Shown: positions 1 through 9,616 of the stretch, piece by piece
Layout: every line of letters starts with the position of its first letter
How positions within the stretch are numbered: position 1 is the stretch's first letter
NCBI GenBank assembly: GCA_013815775.1
Contig: JACDFN010000001.1
Coordinates: 241,858 to 305,857, forward strand
From: Candidatus Saccharimonadota bacterium
GTDB taxonomy: Bacteria > Patescibacteriota > Saccharimonadia > Saccharimonadales > UBA10212
DNA length: 64,000 nucleotides
Direction: 5' to 3'
Notes under the pieces: generated by a model
Seen by the model: only the letters and a program-made list of their open reading frames with translations
Database searches by the model: none
Told to the model about the DNA's origin: nothing
Position numbers and translations under genes: made by a program

Positions 1-903
1 CTGACGGTCCAGCTTGGAATAGAGTTCAAAATGTTTGACTTTGAAAAGCAGTACCAAAGAAAAGTCGTAGACTATATGCTCGATGAATTTAGAGCCGGTC
101 TTACCCCTAACCCCGACATTATGTGCAATCAAGAAGTGAAGTTTAAACTTTTCTTAGATACTGCGCTTGAAGAAGGAGCAGATATGATTGCCACAGGCCA
201 CTATGCCAGGGTGGTACACGGCAAGGAACCCAAGATGCTAGTTGCCAAGGATGGAAATAAAGACCAGACATATTTCTTATACCGCATCTCTCCGGAGGCT
301 CTCAATAAAACTTTGTGGCCCATTGGCGAGCTCACCAAACCCGAAGTTAGGGAACTGGCTAAACAACACGGTCTAGTCACAGCAGATAAAAAAGAGAGCA
401 TGGGCATATGTTTTGTGGGAAAAGTACCGATTAAGGAGTTTTTGCAACAGTTCGTGGAATCAAAGTCCGGGGCCATCATAGACCAACATGGCAAAAAAGT
501 GGGTACGCACGACGGGGCAGTCTTCTACACCATCGGACAACGCCACGGGCTAGATGTGGGAGGTGGGTTACCACTTTATGTGGTTGGAAAAAGCATGGAT
601 AAAAATGAAGTGTATGTAACCACAGATCTGCAAGATAAAAAACTTTGGAATAACATCATCAAGTTTTCGTCCGCCCATTGGATAAACGGCGAACCTAAGA
701 ATAATCAAAAACTGATGGTTCGCACCCGCCATAGAGCAAAACTAATACCTGTAAAATTACTTAACAAGTCAAGTAATTCAATGTGGACAGCTGAACTTGA
801 CGAAGATGTTAAAGCTCTTACACCGGGCCAATCAGCAGCTTTCTACTGTAGTGGAGAATGCATTGGCGGGGGAGTAGTTTCAGTCCTTACCCAGGCAGCA
901 TAA
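1..903 (+). CDS. mnmA: tRNA-specific 2-thiouridylase MnmA, 5'-truncated at window edge (the frame is open back to nt 1)
   Basis: Protein matches the MnmA mid/C-terminal region (TPNPDIMCN...KFK.FL...GADMIATGHYAR). The reading frame extends without stops to position 1. Confidence 0.85.
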   Translation: MTVQLGIEFKMFDFEKQYQRKVVDYMLDEFRAGLTPNPDIMCNQEVKFKLFLDTALEEGADMIATGHYARVVHGKEPKMLVAKDGNKDQTYFLYRISPEALNKTLWPIGELTKPEVRELAKQHGLVTADKKESMGICFVGKVPIKEFLQQFVESKSGAIIDQHGKKVGTHDGAVFYTIGQRHGLDVGGGLPLYVVGKSMDKNEVYVTTDLQDKKLWNNIIKFSSAHWINGEPKNNQKLMVRTRHRAKLIPVKLLNKSSNSMWTAELDEDVKALTPGQSAAFYCSGECIGGGVVSVLTQAA

Positions 904-1253
904 GCTAATTCAACTGCATCTTCCTGTGTTGAGGCGGATGCTCTTGTGGGATGTCGCTGGGCCCAATCCATTGGCAGACCAACTTCCTCTGTAAGAATAC
1001 TAAAGCTTGTGTTGGGACCGCTTGTATCTCTATATAGAGCCTTAGTACGGGGATTGGGTTTTTGAAGCCTAATAAGCTCGTCTTCAGATAAAACTATGGC
1101 TGTGTACCTGCTATCATCAGTTTCGGCCACCGTAAAATCGGTAACCATCATTACGCGGATATTAAATTTTTCGTAAATCTGCTGCACTAGACTTTCCATA
1201 GGAGCAAGTTCGGGCTCCGAACTGAAGGGGTAAGTTTCAGGGCCAATAGACAT
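843..1253 (-). CDS. hypothetical protein (start chosen at internal Met MSIGPETY; the track ORF extends to 1307)
   Basis: 154-aa track ORF convergent with mnmA, overlapping it by 60 nt. Upstream on the minus strand: TTGACA, 19 nt, TAAATA, then ATG, suggesting a short or leaderless transcript. No recognisable domain. Confidence 0.35.
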   Translation of the reverse strand: MSIGPETYPFSSEPELAPMESLVQQIYEKFNIRVMMVTDFTVAETDDSRYTAIVLSEDELIRLQKPNPRTKALYRDTSGPNTSFSILTEEVGLPMDWAQRHPTRASASTQEDAVELAYAAWVRTETTPPPMHSPLQ

Positions 1254-1325
1254 GGCTATATTTACGCTAAAATCTATACAACTTGTCAATAGCGCAATGT
1301 ACCCCATCTGTTACAATAAAAACTA

Positions 1326-3248
1326 ATGACGGCGCAGGAAATAAGAAAAAAATACTTGAATTATTTCGAAACCAGGGCTCATGCAGTTATTCCAAGGGCT
1401 TCATTAGTCCCTGGCGGCGACCCAACCACGCTATTCACTGGCAGCGGCATGCAACCCCTCGTACCGTATTTGCTTGGGCAGCCCCATCCTGCTGGGAATC
1501 GTTTGGTTAACAGCCAAACCTGCTTTAGAGCAGAAGATATGGACGAAGTGAGCGATAATCGCCACACAACTTTTTTTGAAATGTTGGGCAATTGGAGTTT
1601 AGGCGACTATTATCAATCAGAACAGCTAACGTGGTTCTTTGAGTTCTTAACCGACGAACTAGGCCTAGATCCTCAGAAACTCTATGTTACCTGCTTTATC
1701 GGTGATGAGAATTCGGGCGTTCCGCGCGACACACAAAGTGCTAGTATTTGGAATCAGCTTTTTAAGAGTAAAGGTATATCAGCAAAAACTATTGATGTAG
1801 GTAGCGAACAAACAGGCTATGGGGAGGATTTCTTAAAGGATTCCACAAACAGAATTTTTTATTATGATGCAAGTAAGAATTGGTGGAGCCGCATGGGGGT
1901 CCCAGCAAATATGGCGGAGGGCGAGCCAGGAGGTCCCGACAGTGAAGTGTTTTATGACTTCGGTACGCCACACGATGAAAAATACGGTAAAAACTGCCAC
2001 CCTAACTGTGATTGTGGTAGATTTTTAGAAATCGGAAATAGTGTTTTTATGGCATATAAAAAGGTGAACGCCAGGTTTGAAGCTTTGCCAAAGCCAAACG
2101 TAGATTTTGGCGGCGGGTTAGAACGTATAGCAGCTGCTAGTATTAACTCGCCAGATATTTTTGAAATTAGCCTTTTAAGACCAGTAATCGATGGCTTGGA
2201 AAGACTTAGCGGCAGGAATTATGATGCTTATCAGGCTAGTATGCGAGTAATTGCTGATCATTTGCGCGCGGCGGTGTGGTTGGCGGTAGACGGCGTAATC
2301 CCTAGCAACAAGCAGCAGGGGTATGTACTCCGGCGACTACTGAGGAGAGCCATCCGTTACGCTTTTGATCTAGGGATAGAACAAGATTTATGCGAAAAAG
2401 TCGCAACTATTGTAATTGATACTTATGCACCCGATTTTCCAGAGCTAAATGGCCAAAAAAACGAGATTTTGAAGATTCTTTCCCAGGAAGAACGTATTTT
2501 CCGCCAAACCCTCCGTGCTGGAGTAAGAGAATTTGAGAAATTAATGGCTGGACCACTGGGAACGGAAGTACTTGGCGAAGCTGCTTCCAGATTATTAACG
2601 GGTGAATTGACGTTTTTACTATATGACACATATGGTTTTCCGCTTGAACTGAGTAGAGAAGAAGCCAAACGTCGAGGCATTAACGAGGTCAATAGCCTAG
2701 AGGAAGTCCACGTACGGAAGATGGAGGAGCAACGGCAACGAAGTCAAACGGCGAGTCAGGGGATGTTTAAGGGCGGTTTGGCAGACCAGTCCGAGGAGAC
2801 GGTAAAACTCCACACCACCACGCATCTGATGTACCAAGCACTCAAACAGGTTTTAGGGAGCCACGTTATGCAGCGGGGGAGCAACATAACAGCAGAGCGT
2901 ACGCGTTTTGACTTCTCCCATCCGCAGAAAGTTACCTCGGAAGAGATGAAACAAGTAGAAGATATAGTTAACCAAAAAATTACCGAGGATTTACCGGTTA
3001 CATGGAAGGAAGAAAATACAGAAGAAGCATTCAATAAGGGTGCTAGCGGAGCCTTTGGTGACAGGTACGGCAATACTGTAAAAGTTTATACAATTGGTGA
3101 CTCAGAGAACTCCTTCAGTCGTGAGATCTGTGGCGGCCCCCACGTCGAACACACTGGCGCAATTGGGGAAGGTGGTAAAAAATTTAAAATCATCAAAGAA
3201 GAAGCTAGCTCAGCCGGCGTCCGCCGAATCAAAGCCGTTTTACAGTAA
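1326..3248 (+). CDS. alaS: alanine--tRNA ligase, short form (640 aa) lacking the C-terminal C-Ala domain
   Basis: N-terminal class II AlaRS motifs (FETRAHAVIPRASLVP..DPTTLFTGSGMQ; HTTFFEMLGNWSLGDYY). C-terminal editing-domain motif CGGPHVEHTGAIG...AGVRRIKAV. Confidence 0.9.
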   Translation: MTAQEIRKKYLNYFETRAHAVIPRASLVPGGDPTTLFTGSGMQPLVPYLLGQPHPAGNRLVNSQTCFRAEDMDEVSDNRHTTFFEMLGNWSLGDYYQSEQLTWFFEFLTDELGLDPQKLYVTCFIGDENSGVPRDTQSASIWNQLFKSKGISAKTIDVGSEQTGYGEDFLKDSTNRIFYYDASKNWWSRMGVPANMAEGEPGGPDSEVFYDFGTPHDEKYGKNCHPNCDCGRFLEIGNSVFMAYKKVNARFEALPKPNVDFGGGLERIAAASINSPDIFEISLLRPVIDGLERLSGRNYDAYQASMRVIADHLRAAVWLAVDGVIPSNKQQGYVLRRLLRRAIRYAFDLGIEQDLCEKVATIVIDTYAPDFPELNGQKNEILKILSQEERIFRQTLRAGVREFEKLMAGPLGTEVLGEAASRLLTGELTFLLYDTYGFPLELSREEAKRRGINEVNSLEEVHVRKMEEQRQRSQTASQGMFKGGLADQSEETVKLHTTTHLMYQALKQVLGSHVMQRGSNITAERTRFDFSHPQKVTSEEMKQVEDIVNQKITEDLPVTWKEENTEEAFNKGASGAFGDRYGNTVKVYTIGDSENSFSREICGGPHVEHTGAIGEGGKKFKIIKEEASSAGVRRIKAVLQ

Positions 3249-3328
3249 CCGCAAAGCTGCATCTACGGCTTCGGACAAGTCATCCAAGATATGATTACTT
3301 TCAAGTTTAGACCGATGAAGGATAATTA

Positions 3329-3883
3329 TTAAAGGTGGGGAAAGTGTCGCAGGAGCCTGCGGACAGATAGTTCGTCGAACCTGCTGACTTCAAATAGGCT
3401 ACAATAACGCAGAATATTGTAATGGCCTGCCAGTTTCTCGACTTGTTCAAAACACGGCGCCGGGTGCACCCACATGCTTTTTTGGAGCATCATAAAACCC
3501 TTGTCTTGCAGGCGCCTGACAAACACCGCTCGCTGCCTAGAAAATTTAGTTGGTATATCAAAAGAAACAACTCGCCACTTCTTGTCCCAAGCATTGGGTA
3601 TAACGATAGATATTTCATCAATTAATGCTTGCTGTAAGCGATGCGCTCCGTTTGGAGTTAGTGTGTAGCAAAACTTTTCATTGCTCCTCGTAACGTTTAC
3701 CAGATTCTGTCGTTTAAGTTCTGTCAGGATTCTTCGAAAGTCAGCGTCTTTAGCAGAGGATTCTTTAAGCATTATGGACAGTCCCAAAATAGCGCTAGGG
3801 GCAATCACCGATACTCCAGAGAGACCCTCCTCACCAACTTTCTTGAGGGTAGTGTTTATAGAAGTCTTCGTGTCCATATACAT
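3329..3883 (-). CDS. PaaX-family-like transcriptional regulator (N-terminal wHTH plus a Cas2/PaaX_C-like C-terminal domain)
   Basis: C-terminal segment W-x3-W-RVVSFDIP..RQRAVFVRRL..GFMMLQKSMWV resembles the PaaX_C / Cas2-fold beta-alpha-beta core. N-terminal half is helical and basic. Confidence 0.5.
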   Translation of the reverse strand: MYMDTKTSINTTLKKVGEEGLSGVSVIAPSAILGLSIMLKESSAKDADFRRILTELKRQNLVNVTRSNEKFCYTLTPNGAHRLQQALIDEISIVIPNAWDKKWRVVSFDIPTKFSRQRAVFVRRLQDKGFMMLQKSMWVHPAPCFEQVEKLAGHYNILRYCSLFEVSRFDELSVRRLLRHFPHL

Positions 3884-3983
3884 AATTTAAACATATGTTT
3901 GTTTTTTGTATAGTCCATAATGGTCAAACCTTTAAATAAATGGTTCAATGTGGTAATGTTTAGGGGTTAAATAAAATATAAAA

Positions 3984-4967
3984 ATGGCTAAAAAATCCAG
4001 AAGTAGAAAGTTCCAAGGGCGTAGCAACTCATTCACTCAAAAAAGCCGGTTTTTCATACCATGGCCCTATATCTTTTTCCTACTTCTTTGCAGTGGAGTC
4101 CTACTTGTCGGCTGGACATTTAAAATCACTGCCCAGAACATTGTTGTTAGCGCCAAAGTACCGGCCGCTGTTCTAACTGAGCCCGCGGTTATTACTAATC
4201 CAGTTAACGGCCAACGGTTTACCTCCTATCCTATTCCAGTTAGCGGGACATGCCCCTTGAACTCTTATGTAAAACTTTATCGCAACGATGTTTTCTCCGG
4301 TACGGCTATATGCTCGGCTAGCCAGACTTTTTCTCTTTCCAGCGATTTATTTAGTGGCGCCAACGAGTTTAAGGCACGAGTATTCAACACTACAGACGAT
4401 GAAGGGCCACAGTCGAATACGGTAACCGTTTATTTGGACCCAGTGCCAGCAGAACCAGGTGCTCCCAAGCCACCGCCCAGCACCTCATCATCACCACTAA
4501 TAATAAAAACCGATTTTAGGTTCGTGGGCTACTATACTGGCCAAACGGGAAGATGGAAGTTGGAAATAAGTGGCGGTGCTCCCCCTTACGCAGTTAATGT
4601 TGACTGGGGGGATGGAACCAGCAGCATTTTTAGTAGAAAAAAGAGCGGTGATTTAATAATCCAGCACAAATATGAAAAGGCAGGACCAGGAGAGAATAGT
4701 TCATATACAGTCAAGGTAACTGGCTCTGATTCTGATGATAATAAAGCCTATTTGGAATTTTTTGTGATAGTAAACTCCAACAACTTGCCAGAATTAGTCG
4801 GTGACACTATCCCAACCGCCAGGCCGCCTGTCGATACTCGATTGCTTTGGCTGCTTTGGCCTGCATATATTGTTGTGATACTAATGGTTGTGAGCTTCTA
4901 CTTAGGAGAGCGTGAAGAGTTGCTGGAGCTAAGAAAGCGTGGGGCATTGCGAAGGCGGAGAGCCTGA
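3984..4967 (+). CDS. membrane-anchored hypothetical protein (N-terminal signal anchor, Ig/PKD-like middle, C-terminal TM plus poly-Arg tail)
   Basis: 327-aa ORF with a hydrophobic segment after a basic N-terminus, a GAPPYAVNVDWGDGT motif, and a C-terminal hydrophobic helix followed by RKRGALRRRRA. Confidence 0.55.
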   Translation: MAKKSRSRKFQGRSNSFTQKSRFFIPWPYIFFLLLCSGVLLVGWTFKITAQNIVVSAKVPAAVLTEPAVITNPVNGQRFTSYPIPVSGTCPLNSYVKLYRNDVFSGTAICSASQTFSLSSDLFSGANEFKARVFNTTDDEGPQSNTVTVYLDPVPAEPGAPKPPPSTSSSPLIIKTDFRFVGYYTGQTGRWKLEISGGAPPYAVNVDWGDGTSSIFSRKKSGDLIIQHKYEKAGPGENSSYTVKVTGSDSDDNKAYLEFFVIVNSNNLPELVGDTIPTARPPVDTRLLWLLWPAYIVVILMVVSFYLGEREELLELRKRGALRRRRA

Positions 4968-4975
4968 GCTTAACG

Positions 4976-6328
4976 GTGGTTAGCGAACGGTACAAGGGGC
5001 GGAGGCATGCTATAATCAATCTGATTATGCTTGAAAAAGCCAAGTCTTTAAAAGACAAATTACCCCACATTAATCGTATTGCTAAGAACAGCCGACCAAT
5101 AGGCGACTATTTGGTTGCTCTCGATATCGGTACCGAGTATGTAAAAGCCTTAGTTGGTAGAGTAGTAGGCAATGAGGTTGAAATTATCGGTATGGGGCGG
5201 ACCCACCAAGAACTATCCGATATGCAAGCGGGTGCTATAGCTGATATCGGCTCGGTTACAGCTAATTGCGATAAAGCCTTAGCTGCCGCCGAGCAACAGG
5301 CTGGAGTAAGCGCTAGAACGGCAATTATTGGCATTGCCGGTGAGCTGGTAAAAGGCACAACTTCTACGGTTCGCTTTACTAGGGGTAACCCCAGCAAAGA
5401 GTTAGACATTGCAGAAATGGAGCGCATCATCGCTCTTGTGCAGGAGAGGGCCGAAGCTAAAGCCCGCCAACAACTAGCTTGGGAGCTCGGCGGCAAGGAC
5501 GTAGAAGTAAGGTTAGTCAACAGTGCCTTGGTAAGAATAGACATTGATGGATATAAAGTGACCAATCCAGTAGGCTTCCAAGGACGCGATGTTGTTGTGG
5601 AGATGTTTACTGCTTTTGCGCCAATGATTCACATTGGTGCCTTGGAACGCACTGCAGCAGAACTAGATTTGGAGCTACTGGCCGTGGCGGCCGAACCTTT
5701 CGCTGTGGCCCGCTCAGTCGTAGGTGATGACCCTAATGCTTCAATTTCGGCAATTTTAATGGATGTTGGGGGTGGCACCACTGACATCGCGGTAGTGAAT
5801 GAAGGTGGGGTAGAAGGTACAAAGATGTTCGGTATTGGGGGTCGTGCTTTTACGCACAGTATTGAGCGTGAGCTTGACGTAGACTTTGCTAAAGCCGAAT
5901 CTTTAAAGCTTAGCCTAAGCAATGCGAGTGGAATTGGCCAGAAAAACGCAGAAGTAGAAAAATCGCTAAATAAAACATTGAACGTCTGGGCCAACGGCGT
6001 GGAGCTAGCTTTGGCCGAATTTACAAGGTTAGACCATTTACCTAACCGTTTACTTCTGTGCGGTGGTGGCTCGAGCCTAGATTTACTCGTTCAGAGACTT
6101 GAGCAAAGCGAATGGTGGAAGAGCCTACCCTTTACACGCAAGCCGGCAGTGCATCATATAAAAACCGAGGAGGTGGTCGGTATAACCGATACAACAGGCT
6201 CGGTTAGTGATCACACCTTTATCACAGCCATGGGACTGCTGAGAGTCGGCATGGACACCTTGAACACAAACGAAACGGGCAATAGCGGCTCGTTTAAGGA
6301 TAGAATAAATAAGGTACTAAAAGTATGA
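4976..6328 (+). CDS. ftsA: actin-like ATPase FtsA (cell-division protein FtsA / PilM family); start codon uncertain
   Basis: ALDIGTEYVKALVG (phosphate-1) and ILMDVGGGTTDIAVV (phosphate-2 / adenosine motif) match the FtsA/actin fold. Confidence 0.75.
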   Translation: MVSERYKGRRHAIINLIMLEKAKSLKDKLPHINRIAKNSRPIGDYLVALDIGTEYVKALVGRVVGNEVEIIGMGRTHQELSDMQAGAIADIGSVTANCDKALAAAEQQAGVSARTAIIGIAGELVKGTTSTVRFTRGNPSKELDIAEMERIIALVQERAEAKARQQLAWELGGKDVEVRLVNSALVRIDIDGYKVTNPVGFQGRDVVVEMFTAFAPMIHIGALERTAAELDLELLAVAAEPFAVARSVVGDDPNASISAILMDVGGGTTDIAVVNEGGVEGTKMFGIGGRAFTHSIERELDVDFAKAESLKLSLSNASGIGQKNAEVEKSLNKTLNVWANGVELALAEFTRLDHLPNRLLLCGGGSSLDLLVQRLEQSEWWKSLPFTRKPAVHHIKTEEVVGITDTTGSVSDHTFITAMGLLRVGMDTLNTNETGNSGSFKDRINKVLKV

Positions 6329-8034
6329 GCACTACTAAACCTAAAGCAAAACCAGGCAAAGAAGTGGTCTACGTCGACCACGACGATGAGATAACGACTA
6401 TCATCGACAAAGTTGATGCTACCAAACAGAAGGTGGTGGCTTTAGTTTTGCCCAAGCGATTTACCACTCTCCAAAGCATCGTCAATATGCGCTTGCTTAA
6501 GCGAAGCGCCGACACAGCCGGCAAAAGTGTGGTTTTGATTACATCCGAGCAGGCCTTGTTGCCTCTTGCGGGAGTAGCTGGTTTGCATATAGCTAGGAAT
6601 CTTCAGACTAAGCCAGAAATTCCTCCCTCCCCAATCGTGAACGATGAAGGTGCCCCGGTAGACGAACCGACAGATCCGGATACGGAAGTAGATACCAAGG
6701 GTGCCAAGCTTGACTATCATCGCTCAATTGGCGAGCTGGCTGCCTCTCACGAAGTCGAAGAACCCGACGCAATACCACTAGGCGGAGATGAACAGACCGC
6801 TGGTACCGACAAGCCGGGCCCGGGATCCAAAAAAGATAAAAAACTCAAAGTTCCTAACTTTGATCGCTTTCGATTACTACTTGCCGCCGGATTGCTTGGA
6901 CTCATAGCTTTAATCGTGTTTTTAGTCCTTGCTACAAAGGTGTTACCAAAGGCCATAATTATCATCAAGACAACCAGTATTCCAGTGGCGGCAGATTTTA
7001 CTTTAACTGCTTCGGATACGGTTAAAGCCCTGGATGTGGAAAAGAAACAGATACCGGCGGTGCTCAGAAAGTCCGACCAAACTTCAAACCAGCAAGTTCA
7101 GGCCACTGGCCAGAAAAATCAAGGGGAAAAAGCAACTGGTACAGTAGTGCTAAAAAACTGCGGAGCAAATAGCGCTACAATTCCTGCTGGCAGCGGGGTG
7201 AACAGCGGAGGTTTAACTTTTATTACTCAAAAAACTGTAACTCTTGATTCAGGTAACTTTACGCCACCACCAACCAGTACCTGTAAAACTACTGGGGGGC
7301 ACATAGGTAGCGTCAGTGTTACCGCTCAAAGTCCGGGCTCAAAGTATAATATTGGACCTTCTAGTTTTACCGTTTCTGGGTTCTCTAGTGTAACCGGCTC
7401 ATCTAGTAACCCTATGACTGGCGGGACGGATAGTATTCTGACTATCGTTGCTCAGCAAGATCTAGATAGTGCTAAGAAAAAAATCACTGCTGCCGATTCC
7501 GACAAATTCTCTGCAGACTTTCAGAAGCAGCTTGGCGACGAGGGTTTTTACGTTCTTAGTTCAACACTGAAGCTAGGTGACCCCGTGGTTACTGCCACGC
7601 CTGCCGTGGGTCAGGAGGCCACAAACGTTAGTGTAAGCATTAAGATCACTTACTCTGTGTTAGTGGTGCCCAAAGCTGATTTAGAAAAAGCAATTACCGA
7701 CGCTTTGAATAAGCAATTTGATAAGAGCAAACAAAAACTAAGCGACGGGGACGTGCTAGATAAAGTAAAGGTGAGCGTGGTTAATCAAACTGCTCCTACT
7801 ACAACTAACCTGGAGATTAGCATTGATACAACAGCCATACCTATAATTGATGAAGACACAGTTAAAAAACAAATTGCAGGTAAGAAAGACGGTGAAATTC
7901 GTAAAATATTAACTGCATTACCGGGAGTTAAAGAAGTACAGACCAAAATGAGTCCTTTTTGGGTTGCTAAAGCGCCCAGCAAGCCTAGCAAGGTTAATAT
8001 TGTTGTGGAACAGGCGGAAGAGAGCCGACAGTAA
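6325..8034 (+). CDS. hypothetical bitopic membrane protein, translationally coupled to ftsA (ATGA overlap)
   Basis: 569-aa ORF with a ~190-aa cytoplasmic N-domain, one TM (LLLAAGLLGLIALIVFLVLA) and a ~370-aa Ser/Thr/Gly-rich extracytoplasmic domain. Its start overlaps the ftsA stop. Confidence 0.6.
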   Translation: MSTTKPKAKPGKEVVYVDHDDEITTIIDKVDATKQKVVALVLPKRFTTLQSIVNMRLLKRSADTAGKSVVLITSEQALLPLAGVAGLHIARNLQTKPEIPPSPIVNDEGAPVDEPTDPDTEVDTKGAKLDYHRSIGELAASHEVEEPDAIPLGGDEQTAGTDKPGPGSKKDKKLKVPNFDRFRLLLAAGLLGLIALIVFLVLATKVLPKAIIIIKTTSIPVAADFTLTASDTVKALDVEKKQIPAVLRKSDQTSNQQVQATGQKNQGEKATGTVVLKNCGANSATIPAGSGVNSGGLTFITQKTVTLDSGNFTPPPTSTCKTTGGHIGSVSVTAQSPGSKYNIGPSSFTVSGFSSVTGSSSNPMTGGTDSILTIVAQQDLDSAKKKITAADSDKFSADFQKQLGDEGFYVLSSTLKLGDPVVTATPAVGQEATNVSVSIKITYSVLVVPKADLEKAITDALNKQFDKSKQKLSDGDVLDKVKVSVVNQTAPTTTNLEISIDTTAIPIIDEDTVKKQIAGKKDGEIRKILTALPGVKEVQTKMSPFWVAKAPSKPSKVNIVVEQAEESRQ

Positions 8035-8035
8035 A

Positions 8036-8449
8036 ATGGACGCCAAACAACTCCTAGGTCTGGATGTTGGACTAGCTCGCACAGGCGTCGCTAGAGCCTC
8101 AGCAGTGGCGCGTCAAGCAGAACCCCTAATGACCATAGAAACTTCTAAAGCTCTCGGCACTCTAGCTGAGCTCATTGAAAAACAGTCAATTGGTATAATT
8201 GTGGTAGGTCTGCCGAGAAACCTGCAGGGCGAGGATACCGACCAGACTAGATGGGTGAGAAAATGGGTGAAAGAAGCAAAAGCCGCAGTAGAGGTACCTT
8301 TTTATTGGCAAGACGAAGCCTTGACGACCGTAATTGCCCGGGCAGGTGCAGTAGCTCATAAGAAACCCAGGGATGTGGATGCTCTGGCTGCGGCTATCAT
8401 TTTGCAAGACTTCCTTGACACACCTGAAGCAGAAAGGGTAATTTGTTGA
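8036..8449 (+). CDS. ruvX: Holliday-junction resolvase-like / pre-16S rRNA nuclease RuvX (YqgF)
   Basis: MDAKQLLGLDVGLARTGVA at the N-terminus and GLPRNLQGEDTDQT match YqgF. ATG at 8036; the track ORF starts further upstream at an alternative codon. Confidence 0.8.
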   Translation: MDAKQLLGLDVGLARTGVARASAVARQAEPLMTIETSKALGTLAELIEKQSIGIIVVGLPRNLQGEDTDQTRWVRKWVKEAKAAVEVPFYWQDEALTTVIARAGAVAHKKPRDVDALAAAIILQDFLDTPEAERVIC

Positions 8450-8452
8450 ATT

Positions 8453-9493
8453 ATGTATAAGTTAGGTAAGAAACATCGCAGCCCGTTAAGATTTTGGTTA
8501 CTCATCGCGCTAGCTGCCACTATTCTCACTGTGGGTACAGTGGGGGTGCTTCGCAGTTGGTATCAATATAATCTACGTCCTATATCTTCATCACCGCAGA
8601 TTAAATATTTTTCTATTGCTCCAGGCAGCAACGTACTCCAAATAGCTAAGAAATTGGAGAGGGAGGGACTGATTAGAAGTTCAAGGGCGTTTGAGACATA
8701 TGTTAGGAGCAATGAACTACACAATAAGCTAAAGGCTGGAACTTATGCGCTCAATACGTCTATGAGCGTCGAGAAAATTGTAAACATAGTGGTGGAGGGT
8801 GACGTGGCTAAAAACTTATTAACAATTCTACCAGCCAAAAGGATAGACGAGGTCAAGCAAGCTTTTGCTAAAGAAAGCTATAGCCTGTCTGATATTGAGA
8901 CGGCATTCAAGCCATCGACCCACCGAGGACATCCTGCGCTTGAATCTTTGCCTGCAGGCGCTAGCTTAGAGGGCTATTTATATCCCGATTCTTTCCAAAA
9001 AGAAGATCAAACTCCAGCCGAACTCATAGTTAAAAATTCCTTAGACGAAATGAACAAGCATCTAACATCTCGACTAAAAGCTGAGTTTCCCAAGCATAAC
9101 CTTAGCACTTTTCAAGCCATAACCTTGGCCTCAATTGTCCTACAGGAAACCGACGACCCGGCAATACAGCCCATAGTTGCTCAGGTGTTTTTGACTCGAC
9201 TTAAAATGGGAATGTTACTGCAGACCGACCCCACAGTAGATTATGCGTCAGCACTTGCCGGTGTTAAAAAAGACCTGAGTATTGATTCGCCCTACAACAC
9301 CTATAAGTATAAAGGTCTCCCTCCTGGTCCCATCGGTAACGTAACAGTTGATGCCCTCAAGTCTGTTGCCTACCCCGAGAAAACAGATTATTTGTTCTTT
9401 TTTACAGGCGATGACGGTAAGTTTCGCTTTAACCGCACTCAAAAAGATCACGAAGACGGCGTAAGAGAATATTGTAAGAGGAACTGCGGTTAA
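8453..9493 (+). CDS. mltG: endolytic murein transglycosylase MltG (YceG family)
   Basis: N-terminal TM, YceG-like domain and the signature YNTYKYKGLPPGPIGN. Classical yqgF-yceG adjacency. Confidence 0.85.
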   Translation: MYKLGKKHRSPLRFWLLIALAATILTVGTVGVLRSWYQYNLRPISSSPQIKYFSIAPGSNVLQIAKKLEREGLIRSSRAFETYVRSNELHNKLKAGTYALNTSMSVEKIVNIVVEGDVAKNLLTILPAKRIDEVKQAFAKESYSLSDIETAFKPSTHRGHPALESLPAGASLEGYLYPDSFQKEDQTPAELIVKNSLDEMNKHLTSRLKAEFPKHNLSTFQAITLASIVLQETDDPAIQPIVAQVFLTRLKMGMLLQTDPTVDYASALAGVKKDLSIDSPYNTYKYKGLPPGPIGNVTVDALKSVAYPEKTDYLFFFTGDDGKFRFNRTQKDHEDGVREYCKRNCG

Positions 9494-9616
9494 TCCTAAG
9501 GTGTTAACAGAGGGATGGTATTGTTTGACATATCGACAAATTTGGTATAATAGAGAGGCAGCATAAGGGTCTTAAATTGACGAAACAACCATTAACCAAC
9601 CCGTTGCACCAGGAGA

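Noticed and set aside
201-494. 97-aa minus-strand ORF inside mnmA
   Set aside because: Antisense to a well-supported conserved gene and Cys/Ser-rich in composition; spurious.
3329-3883. CRISPR-Cas interpretation of the Cas2-like C-terminal domain
   Set aside because: No repeat-spacer array and no cas1 or other cas genes in 64 kb. The fusion to an N-terminal wHTH matches PaaX-type regulators.
9494-9616. Possible c-di-AMP (ydaO) riboswitch upstream of the LysM-CHAP hydrolase
   Set aside because: The leader after the TTGACA/TATAAT promoter is only ~70 nt and lacks the conserved ydaO pseudoknot motifs. I could not support it.
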